A stretch of DNA of 63,252 nucleotides, filler included, from Dicyema japonicum (Eukaryota; Animalia; Dicyemida), in NCBI GenBank assembly GCA_011109175.1. It is 9 parts of 9 records of this genome, joined end to end, with 100 filler letters (N's around TTAATTAATTAA, not from the genome) between each part and the next. Parts side by side here need not be neighbours in the genome. Positions count along the whole stretch, not along the records: positions 51,292 to 54,799 come from RDEW01000112.1; positions 54,900 to 63,252 come from RDEW01000060.1; 7 more parts are not named here. The stretch is one strand, 5' to 3'. Of this stretch, positions 52,741 through 63,252 are shown in pieces (position 1 is the stretch's first letter; the number at the start of each line of letters is the position of its first letter). Position numbers and translations under genes: made by a program. The notes under the pieces were generated by a model, which had not been told where the DNA came from, made no database searches, and saw only the letters and a program-made list of their open reading frames with translations.

Positions 52741-53479
52741 TCCTAATCAGGAATCTTCGTGTGTGTGTCAGGTTTGAGATCAATTCAAGTATTTCCTGAT
52801 GATCCAGTGGAAAATGTTCAGAAGGGAAACGTAGGGCCGAGTATGTCGTATTATCCGGTAGGAAACATGACTGACAGTGCCAATAGGAAATGACAGCCAG
52901 GGCTATTTTAGTCATTCCGACACAATACATATGGAAGCCGTGAATGGATCATCCGCTTTCTTTTGTTCATTATATTGCGTTTTTGCAGATTTCCTCTTTT
53001 TTTGCAGTTTGCTGCATCTTCTTTAATGATTTTCCTTTCTTTTCTCTTTAAATTTTTAGGCCATAATCAATAATTAACATAAAAGTGTTTGATTTAGTCA
53101 TATCAAAAAACAATAAATCTATATATAATCAATCGATAATATATGTTCTGCAATTCAAAGACGAATTTTAAATGATTCACTGTTTTTGTTCCCAATGCAA
53201 TATAATAGTTGATGTATCAAAGAAATTTAAAAGTCTTCAACAAAGAATAAATCTAGAACAGAGTTTACCAAAGGAGTCTTTAGGAATTTTTAATTAAAAA
53301 TCAATAAAATTATATTTATAAAAAAAATTATTTAAAATTAGTTAAAGAGTGTAAGCGAAGAAAAGGACTGTGACAATTAAGTTTACTCCCATAGTTGATC
53401 AACGAAGAAACGAATTGCATAGAGAACATTTTAATTAGAATTATCCTTTTAAATCAGAAAACCATATTTACAGTAAATC

Positions 53480-54090
53480 ATATTTAAAACTGTCATCAAT
53501 ACAAAGTGGACCCCGCCGACATTATCGACGTTGCGTTGCTTCTCACGATTGCAACAGAGATCAACTGGAGTAGCCACCGGGTCTCACGTGCGTCGTGGCT
53601 TTTTAGTGTAGCTAAGTGTCCAAGTTTCTTTAGGAAGCGAAGCGATTTTCCACTTATTCCTCCAGTTGTCTCGACCACTATCGGATAAAACGCGAATCGG
53701 TCGCGTAGCGCTTCGTATTTCTTCTCCTTTGCCCTCATCGTTTTTTCCGCGGAATACAGTGTGTCTACCGCGCTCCCGACAATGTTGGACGGGCAAAGCG
53801 TGTCGACACAAGTAGCGTCCCAGACCAAAGGTTTCCCCTCTTCGAATGGGAAAATTGTGATCCCGTCGGGACGTTTTCCGTCTCCTCTGTCCAGACCAAC
53901 AGGTTCTAGTATGGCTGGGTATCCCGCAGACTCCAGGGCTCGCTTGACAATTCCGTTGATCGCCTTGTGTCTTGGGAATCGTCCTGCACTCCTTCAACAA
54001 GAGAGGGCATAGAATCCATAACAATCGACGGTTGCGCCACATCGGCATTTGTGGGTCGGCAAATCTCCAGTCCAAGTCTGGTGGAGATGC
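53480..54090 (-). mobile_element. CRE-like retrotransposon RLE C-terminus
   Basis: CRCG...GRFPRHKAINGIVKRALESAGYP.ILEPVGL.RGDGKRPDGITIFPF..GKPLVWDATCVDTL...KEKKY...PIVVETTG...ISVAIVRSNA. Confidence 0.9.
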
Positions 54091-54349
54091 TTTTAAATTA
54101 GTTGTAAAAATTTCGTCACTTCCAATGTTTTCAAAGAATAGAAACCGACTATTTCAATGAAAACTGATTTTTATAGTCAGGAAAGACAATCACACGTTGA
54201 TAGATATGTTATTAAACTGCCATATGGACTTGATTTAAAATCTAAATTACCGCATAGTTACGAAAGACATGCAAGATTTATTGAAAAAATATTGCAACAC
54301 TTGACAAAATAATTCTTGTTTGGTGCAAGATATCAATAATTCGAAGAAG

Positions 54350-54800
54350 AGACATGTGGTGCCTCGTTATACAGACCCATCAACTAGGACAAAATCATTG
54401 GCTTCTCTTCACGTGGATAACAAAAGCAAAAAAGACATGAAATCAGATTCAAAATCCTTAAAAACTCATGCACTCGTGATGGAATTCAATCTTTTTTGAA
54501 AGTTTTTTTTTTATAAAAAATTGATGAATATGGAAAAAACAATATTTTCAATCTTGATGAAACTTGTCTTTTTATAAAAAAAAGAAAAAAAAGACCCAAG
54601 AAAATCATTTGTACAAAAAATAAAAATTCGTCAGGGTCTAAAATAATAAAGAAAAAAATTCTTTGCTCTTCTGTTGTAGTTATTCTGGCGAAAAAATTTG
54701 ATCTTTATTAATTGGGAAATTTAAAATCCCAGATGTTTCAGAAATTTTAACCCAAGGATTATGGTGTGTGTACTCGTCATCTAAGAAATTTTTAATAAAN
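54350..54800 (+). mobile_element. pogo/Tigger transposase fragment
   Basis: NIFNLDETCLFY; LFCCSYSGEK; IGK..NPRCFRNF, with frameshifts. Confidence 0.75.
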
Positions 54801-55201
54801 NNNNNNNNNNNNNNNNNNNNNNNNNNNNNNNNNNNNNNNNNNNTTAATTAATTAANNNNNNNNNNNNNNNNNNNNNNNNNNNNNNNNNNNNNNNNNNNNA
54901 AGAGCCTCCATCTCAAATCAGTGATCTCGAGACCCAGTGGAGCAAACATTATATAAAGGACTTTTGCCTATTTTCTTGGCTAATTCAGTCCGAGAACCAC
55001 ATGAAGATCAAAAATCATGATTTAAGTGAGACTCAGTGTAATACATCTGTCATACTCAATTTTAAACGAGTTAAAATACACAATTTGGTTTTGTTCAAAA
55101 AATATTATTAAATAATTTATATTTCATTAAATAAACTTAATATTAGTCGGTTAGCCAACTAAAAAGAAATAATATAAATTTTTTTGAAAAGAGCGGGAAA
55201 A

Positions 55202-56635
55202 ATGAAAAATATTTCATCTGATTTAACGTTAGAAAATTTTTTCCGTTCCTCTAAAAGAAAACGTTCCGATAGAATTATGTTTAATGAAATAAAATCAAGA
55301 CAAGAAAAATTGAAATTAAACCAAAATAACTTCTCTTCGCTTTCCCCGCATCTCAAATTATCAATTATAGACACATTTGACAGTAACTTTGATAAATGTC
55401 ATATATTAGAACAAACTTTGGGATCCTTTAGTTTGACTAATCACGAAAATCACCAAATTGTGACTCGGATGGTCAGAAATAGCAACAAATTAATGTTCTC
55501 AGCCGACCAATTCAAAAAAGATTTGCTAACTAGTAAAGAAATTCGTGAAAATGCAAATTTTTACCGCAAATTTAGTGTTTTATGGAAGATTCAGAAAAAA
55601 ATGGAATTATTAGACGAATTCATAATTAAAGTATTTTCACTAACAACTCAGAACATCGACTTATGCTTTACAAACAAGGTGGAATTGGAAAATTTAGGGA
55701 CATTTATGCACATTTTCACTAATTCCTGGACTCGCACGCAATTGAAAAGTCTGTTCTCTCAGTTTTTTGAAAAGACTAGTATAGTAACATTCATAACCCG
55801 GACAATCGAGGCAATAAATGGTAATTAATACAAAAAATTGTTAGCTGACGTGGACAGTTCAATAACATCGCAACTGCGACTTCGAGAATTTGTCAAAAAG
55901 TTATTTATTACCAAGGAAAACCAACTGGAATGGTTCTCCATAGCAACCACATATTTGTCGCACTGTGAGACAGCCAGGCTCCTATACGTAATATTCGGAC
56001 CCCTCTATAGAGGTGATCCTAGTTGAAATGGTAGGATTGATTCTGTGGCATGAAATGACTGAGAGCACAGCTGAGAGTCTAAAACAGGCCAACGAGCATT
56101 TCTCCCAACTTGCAGTGGTTCTCTGTTTTCACTCACGACGGGTCGGTCCCACCATGACCAATGATATAATAAGACATCTCACTCGTAAAATGATATCACA
56201 TGTAGTGTTCCCCTTTGAATGGCTGCCTGAGAACGTGGCTTGTCTATTGAATTTAGCTGGGTATAAAATCACCGTCGATAAGCTTGAGGCTGACCTTCTT
56301 AACGGACTAGTAATTGACGTGTCACAGACGATTGCCGCCTTCTTTTTTGTAAACAAGTTTAACATAGCAGATTTCCAAGCGGTTCCTCCTTCAAAGCAGT
56401 TGGTTGTTTGCCTTCCTGAAAGACCTGACAAAGTCAGCCGAAAATGCAGGAAAGTCATGCCTTAAGCAGCATTTGTTTGTAGGACTTAGTCAGGTGTTGG
56501 TTCAAACTGCAGTGGACGCTAAAGAATATCAATTAAGTGAATTACTTGTTTATATTAACAGATCAACATTTTAACATGGCTGTAGACGGGATTAGACAAT
56601 TCATAGAAGAATTAATGACAATCACGTTTCCTTAG
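55202..56635 (+). CDS. FBXO47: F-box only protein 47-like (meiotic F-box/ARM protein)
   Basis: Introns 55821-55844, 56013-56034, 56349-56370 and 56537-56561 give an open frame. ARLLYVIFGP..GLILWHEMTE and PFEWLPENVACLLNLAG match human ARLLYIIFGP..VVWQEMIE and PREWLLENNARLLMLSG as recalled. Confidence 0.85.
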
Positions 56636-56829
56636 TTTAAACAATGTTTGTTTACGTGAATTAAGTCATTTCGTAATTATCAACTTGGGAACTTAAAATT
56701 ACTGAAAAATCTACTATGAATGAAAGTCAGATATTCCTCTAGCGTTGAACGTAAGAAGCTTTAGGGCAAACATATTTTTATGTATCTTCTGCCTTTTAGA
56801 CATTTTTCTTAACCATTTTACAAAGAAAC

Positions 56830-57020
56830 GAGGCACGTCACCACCTGGCCGAAGAACAAGGTAGGAAGATCCTTTTCAACAACTTTTTCGAGTCAGAAAG
56901 GCTCGTCGCCTCACGGGTGGGATCTGTTTCACGAATATTGACCTTCGCTGCAAAGTCCATCTGTCAGATTCGAACTCAAAACAGTCAGATCCGATGTCAT
57001 CAGACGTTCAGCCAACTTTT
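56830..57020 (-). mobile_element. tRNA-derived SINE family 2
   Basis: Minus-strand A-box-like TGGCTGAACG and B-box GAGTTCGAATCT, with a body homologous to 32940-33100. Confidence 0.7.
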
Positions 57021-58934
57021 TGTATTTGATGACTTTTTTTCAACTTTTAATGAATTTATGTCTTATATAAATTTAAAAGATCAGCCGATCAAAATGAGAT
57101 CTTATTTTTTAATCAATAAACCTCACAATTTCCAACAGATAATCCGATTATAATAACCATAAACCACCAGCTTACCAAATTGAAAAGCAAAAAAAAACAT
57201 ATATTAACTATAATCAGCCGATCAAAATGAGATCTTATTTTTTAATCAATAAACCTCACAATTTCCAACAGATAATCCGATTATAATAACCATAAACCAC
57301 CAGCTTACCAAATTGAAAAGCAAAAAAAAACATATATTAACTATAAACGTGGAAAACAAAATTTGTATAGTACTGAGACCCAACATGTTCTCGAGGACCT
57401 TTCTTGTACGTCCGATCCAACGCGGCACATGTAGAAGCTAATGTCGCTTATATAATGATAATGAATGATTGCTTCATTAGTTTTGATTTTGGTGTAAAAT
57501 ATCGATTTTTAGATGTGATAATTCAGGTGTGTCCTTTTTCGAAATAATTTTCCTATGTGAAAGCCTTTTTTGAAAAAACGATTAGTGATTACTCGACTGG
57601 CAAATGAATTACGTAAAATGANGTATTGGTCTGGCTTAATTAATAACCAATCGATGTCGTTTTTATTGGCTATTATCATAATACAAATATACGTAGTATA
57701 TGGTTCAATCTGGTGGAACGCATTTACTACCATTCATTCTTGAGTTTATATAATAATGGGTTGCGTAATTAATTTGTAATTTGAAAAAAATTGTTTTGGA
57801 AATCATTTTTAAATAAAAGTTGATTAATTAATAGCTCTTAGCTATGGCATGTTTATACAAAAGCACGTTTCAACAGAAAACTACAATATTATCTTTTCTA
57901 TTTTTTCCTGTCCAAGCAAACTCTCGTACACTATTTAAGTCCTCCCTTCTCTGAGTTAGGCTATCTGTTTTTTGCACGTCTTTGTCCAGGAGCATCGGTA
58001 TTGTATTTTTAGCTCTCTCATAAATGAGAAGCGTAGGAAGAGTCTTTTTGGCTACGTTAAATTGTTTCGATTATAAGACATTACTTGAGGGGTACCAACC
58101 ACTCAACTAACAAAGGTTAGTTTGAATAAAAATTAGGTATTCTTTGACCTTTTAAATAATTTTTTACCTTTCCAGCATATACCGTCGGCGTTAATAGAAT
58201 CATAAAAGAATTCATCCTCATAAGTTTTGATCCCTATGGCTATGCTTTTCAGTTTTTTATCAGCACAATGAATTGGATGTATATCTTTTTGGCTTCATTA
58301 TAAGACCCCTTTTATCATGAAGCATGTGGTAAATAATACAGATGGTTCATTAAATAAAGTCAGACAATTGGACTGTTTTATTTTGAATGGTTCATGTAAA
58401 TTCATTTCAGTCAGACAATGTGACGGAATTCAATAACCATGAAATCAACAAAATTTTTAAAAAAAATTAATATTGAACAAATTCACGGAAGACCAAATAA
58501 TCTATAATTTAAAAAAATTACAATAAAATTTCCAAAAGTGATAAAAATAATTGGGCAAAAAGTATATAAAAATCGAATAGTGGAGAATAATCCATATTTA
58601 TAAATTACCAAAATATATATTAGACATTTTGATAACTGTCTTCAACACTACTTGATTATTGCGTGCGTTCGCTGCCTTGGAAGTAGAGCAAAAGAATTTT
58701 TTATTGAAAATCTACATCTTAAAAATGGACATCTAGGGCGAGATAAACTACTCTTTTCTTAAAGATTTTGTCTATGGGTCTTGCAGAAATGAAGTCATGT
58801 ATGCTATTAAATCCAGTCCCTAATATCAAGAAAGACATCTTATGAATACTAGACCTGCAATAACACTTATCAGAGCGTATACAGTGAGAGAAAGTTATCA
58901 CCAGTCAACATTAGATATATTTTTGATCTAATTG

Positions 58935-59170
58935 ATTTGCGTCATTATCTAACCAAGATCCATAATATTCCGTCAAAGGCGGTGAAAGTACTGGAGAAGT
59001 CTTTTAGCAAGGAAATCCTATTTAGAAGCTTTGAAAATATCGTTAATGCAACTGAGGAAATTTTCTGGCCGAAAAATCATGTGCATGAACCCCGTCCTTA
59101 TCGCAAATGTGGCGGAACACAGTCTGAACATCAGGAAAAGATGAGAAGATTGCTGAGAAAGGCTTAGATA
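58935..59170 (+). mobile_element. Family X LINE 3' end
   Basis: VKVLEKSFSKEILFRSFEN...PRPYRKCGGTQSEHQEKMRRLL, homologous to 6500-6700. Confidence 0.6.
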
Positions 59171-60110
59171 ATCTGAATTTTTTCATTCTGATTATGACGG
59201 TGGTTTTTGGTTAATAAATTAAATTCAACAGAAAACTAACTACCTAGTATACCGTAGCATTTTAAATAAATATATTATTGAATTTCTAGAAACTTCAATA
59301 CGAAATCCGGTCTTCATTTAATTTTCTGTTTCCAAGCTGAATTCGTTTTCCAACTTCCACTATTTCCTCATTTGTGTGAGTTCACTATTAAAAAATTATT
59401 AGTCAGCCATCGTCAACAATATAGCTGCTTTGTACTTGGGAAAGAATTTCCCTACCGTTCAGTGTGCTACGTTTGTCCTGTAAATTATTTAATAATAATT
59501 TAATTAATTATAATAACTCAAGACTGATTTTTTGTTGGGATCATTGAGAGTAGATCTTAAGAGATTTTACGTATATGATAGAAGTCAGCTGATGAAAATC
59601 GTAGTCATCCACTGGCCGAAGATTAAAAACGAGACTATAAGTTATGGAAATTCAGGCTGATAAGCTAGGAAATAATATAATCTTGTTGGCGACTTTCTAG
59701 AAAAAAGAACCTAATTATGGAGGTCTTTTTGATCAAAATAGTAGTAAGTGTCTTCGTGGAAGGAAGGAAATGAAAACTGTAGGTGACCCAGCTGGGCTGC
59801 AGACGCGTGCAAAGAGAAAAGTTGTATGGAAATAATTTGCAAGACGGAACTCTACGTATTTATTTGCTTGGGGTAGGTTAGATTGATTTTAATTAACTCA
59901 AGCCAAAATGGTGGAAAATGTAATTATGAATAAATTTAATTCATAAATTAAGCATTTACCTCATTTCTAGTTTATTTTAACGGTATTATAACTTCAACGG
60001 CTTTTTGGATTGTAAAGGCATTTAAAGATCGAAGCATATGATGACTCAACTTACATGTTTATTTTATTTTATTTATTTAACCCAAGACCACGGTAAAACA
60101 AAACTAATTA

Positions 60111-60400
60111 TCACGTGATCCCGATGCATTCTAACAAAGACCTCATCTTTGCCCGTCGTTCTTCCTTCGTGCCCGCGCATGAACGTATAGGACGGCTGCC
60201 TGAATTTTCTGGGCCAATTTCCCGTGATCTGGAGTCAAGTCTCATAAGGGCCTCCAGAGGCGTTGGTCCGGGTCGATGATCTTCACAAATCCAACGCTCA
60301 GTTACTCTATAAGCCCTTTTTTGCATTTCCTCAATTTTCCTCATATTTGTCCAAGATATGGACAGACCTCACGAGGCGCATGCATATGAGAGACATGGCT
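60111..60400 (-). mobile_element. Family X LINE thumb and C-terminus
   Basis: YAC....RKIEEMQKRAYR (LExVQxRAxR thumb) through RPIRSCAGTKEERRAKMRSLLECIGIT*. Confidence 0.75.
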
Positions 60401-60999
60401 CGATGTATTGTTTGTATACTTACACGTTTTAAATGAGCTAAGCTCGTCTCAGCACTTCTCTAAACTCTTAAAATCAACATAAGTAGTTAATCATTTTATT
60501 AATTTTTAATGTGCTTTTCATTCTGACTATGACGGCAATTTTTGGTTTAATAAATTTAAATTTAATCGCGGTTTTTGAACCTATCCTTCGTTGGACAGTA
60601 ACATTGGAAATAGAAAATCCTGTCTTTGGATGACCACGGAGCATACAATAGACCAACCACATTCATATTTCTTGAATCCACTAACCGCAAACACATACGG
60701 AGAACATTCTCAGATCTCCAAAGAACTTAATTGTTAATAGTTTGTTAGTTTTCTATTCGAAGAAAAAATCTTTGTTCGAGATTTTTAAGGGCTTTTAAAT
60801 AATTAGATAGTATTATTTACATATGGCTAACAAAACGCAATATCTTTAAATTTTTTGAATGATGTTTGGGAAAAACTATAAAGATTTATTTGTTTTGAAT
60901 CAGCTTCCATAGCGAATAGTCCAATTCATAGGTGATTAAGATAGTGATTTTAATTCAGTTGTGAGTGGTTATATGCGAATTACACTTTCCAAGAAAAAT

Positions 61000-61980
61000 T
61001 AATTAGGAAACCCTTAGACCACAAGAAAGAAAGTGTCAAAGTCAACTAATTAAGTGATCCCAGGTTCTATCAACTCCCAGACTCTCTTCGAATTGTGCGA
61101 TCCTATTCGCCTTCATGGAGTATCTCCTCGAGTTTCTGCAGAGGAATCTCGCTCTGGAAATCATTCTTCTGTACTGAGGAATAAATATAGTTATTTAACA
61201 GGTATTTGATTGAGTGTCGAGAATCCTATAAAGAAAAGGTCTTCAGCACTTTAAAACGATGGGTAACTAATTTTCTTACCGGACGAAGAGGGCGTGTGTA
61301 TAAGCGAGACAGATCTAGATCCCGTCTCCTCCCGAATAGTGTCACTCAAGGATCTACCCTTTTAACTTATTCTTAAACGACTAACCCTGCCCTGTAGGGC
61401 CTGATTCAATGCATATGTCGACGATTTAATTATTTCAAGTAGACACAGATACGTGCAAAATCAGAACTTCAGACACCCTAAACGACCTTGGGGTTGGGTG
61501 ACTTTGATCGACTTTCCGCGTTTACGGAAAAATCTTGATATACAATTTTATTACCAACCGGGGACAAAAGGATAAACTAGAATTAACCTTTATGAAAATA
61601 TTACTTTCATTCAGATACATCCAAGAATATAGGGAGTGACAATTGACTTTGAATGTCTATTAGACAAAATAGATTAACTGGAATAAAGAGGAAACTTAGC
61701 TAATGTTGACAATGAACATGAAATTTTGCTCATTTTATTATTAATTAATTACAAAGAAAGTAGTATTGAAGAAAAAGACAGTTAATAATTAAATTTTATT
61801 TAAATAAAAATTAAATATGATTTTTTGGTCATATAATGGACTTCTAGAAATCCCACTCTCCAATGCCTTTGGAATCCTTAATAAATTTGAATATGAGGAT
61901 CCAGTTATGCGGCCGATACGTACTCGCATGGACTCGAAAGTGGAACATCGTAGCGATTATTTAATTTGATATCTAATTAT
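61000..61980 (+). mobile_element. Family X LINE, RT core to C-terminus
   Basis: WVTNFLTGR; VTQGS; AYVDDL; IGVTID; YEDPVMRPIRTRMDSKVEHR. Confidence 0.7.
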
Positions 61981-62394
61981 GGAAATGAGTATAGATACTG
62001 CTGAAAAAACGATTTATTAAGCACGTGGGCTTAGTTATAAAACCTTCTCCAAAATACATAACATTGTCGGAAATACATACTCCCCAATAGACGCATTTGT
62101 CTGATAGATGTCGAAGGAATTTATGAATTCAAAAATACTAAATTTTTGGTTAACAAATCCAGAATATTCGTTTATTGTATCCGACAAGGGGTTTCTGGTA
62201 CGTATACTTGAAGGATTCCGTGATAATTTAGGCCAAAATCAGTAATTTTAAAATTAATTCTGATTCATCGACTGGTAGATTTTAAAGTAAATTTAGTGTT
62301 TACTAAGAAGACTACTTCAGAACCATAAGTCAGCTTTAAAATAAAATCAGTCAAGTAAAGTGTTTTTTGTCTCATTTTAATTTTATCAAAGTAA

Positions 62395-62660
62395 TCCTAA
62401 ACTTTTATCAAAATTTATTGGAAAGGGATCCTTCGGAAAGGTGTTCTTGACAGACAAATAAAAACTATTGAGAAAACATGATATACAAGACAATGTGGCC
62501 TGGTTTATTATTGAGAGGGACTCCTTCAGCATTAGGAATAAAGTAAAGAAAGCTCTTGAGTTGCTTTCAAATGAAGTTTTAAGCTTATAATTTTATGGTT
62601 GTGCCTTTTTTGGTCACTGACCTATATTTAGGGGAGATTCGATTTTAAAATTAAAGATAA
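62395..62660 (+). pseudogene. AGC-type protein kinase N-lobe fragment, decayed
   Basis: IGKGSFGKVF glycine loop and a later FMVV..L..GE.RF-like segment. Stops and deletions, cut by a SINE. Confidence 0.6.
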
Positions 62661-62666
62661 AAGAAT

Positions 62667-62850
62667 TGCGGAACTGGATTGTCTAGAAAGGACCCACACA
62701 CAAGAAAAAAAAGAAGTGAAGATCATTTCTTGGTTCCACGATTAGTTAAAATTAACTGTTCTTTATTTAAATAAAGTGTGTGTCCTGCCTATGCGGAGCT
62801 ATAAATATTATGGCTCTCGTGACAAGGCTATTAAAAAAAAGAAAAAAAAG
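62667..62850 (+). mobile_element. SINE family 1, 5'-truncated copy
   Basis: Near-identical to 4757-4930, including the post-A-tract domain. Confidence 0.8.
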
Positions 62851-62871
62851 AACCTTTACTGAATTTGAATA

Positions 62872-63252
62872 TGTCAAGCGAACCCTGGAGTCTGCGAAAT
62901 ACCCAGCCATACTAGAACCTGTTGGCCTGGACCGAGGAGACGGAAAACGTCCCGATGGGATCACAATTTTCCCATTCGAAGAGGGGAAACCTTTGGTCTG
63001 GAACGCTACTTGTGTCGACACGCTTTGCCCGTCCAACATTGTCGGGAACGCGGTAGATACACTGTATTCCGCGGAGAAAACGATGAGGGCAAAGAAGAAG
63101 AAATACGAAGCGCTACGCGACCGATTCGCGTTTAATTTGATAGTGGTCGAGACAACTGGAGGAATAAGTGGAAAATCGCTTTGCTTCCTAAAGAAACTTG
63201 GACGCTTAGCTACACTAAAAAACCACGACGCACGTGAGACCCGGTGGCTACT
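62872..63252 (+). mobile_element. CRE-like RLE region (runs off window)
   Basis: KRTLESAKYPAILEPVGL..GDGKRPDG...LVWNATCVDTL. Highly similar inverted copy of about 53570-53950. Confidence 0.9.

Noticed and set aside
17062-57345. Direct repeats as a CRISPR array
   Set aside because: Only two-copy long duplications with no spacer periodicity or cas genes, in a eukaryotic context.
57500-58900. Coding-like minus-strand stretches
   Set aside because: Short open segments only, with no recognisable homology or convincing intron chain.

Overview
This is AT-rich eukaryotic nuclear DNA from a draft scaffold, with N-gaps carrying an artificial TTAATTAATTAA linker. It reads in the standard code and shows no prokaryotic features. 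Genes are split by ultra-short GT-AG introns of about 20-28 nt. This resembles reduced eukaryotes such as dicyemid mesozoans, but the taxon is an inference. Two apparently intact conserved genes were reconstructed by manual splicing: NOC2L (about 10 introns) and an FBXO47-like meiotic F-box gene (at least 4 introns). There are also two orphan intron-containing genes cut by gaps. Five conserved genes occur as decayed copies, three of which clearly keep tiny introns: CCDC39, MFAP1, a SMYD methyltransferase, CDC25 and an AGC-type kinase. The rest is dense transposon debris: RTE-like, CR1/Jockey-like and CRE-like (RLE) non-LTR retrotransposons, hAT, Tc1, pogo/Tigger, Helitron, a possible MULE, a DDE integrase and two tRNA-headed SINE families. 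All identifications come from manual translation and recalled motifs, and no database search was run. TE boundaries are approximate.
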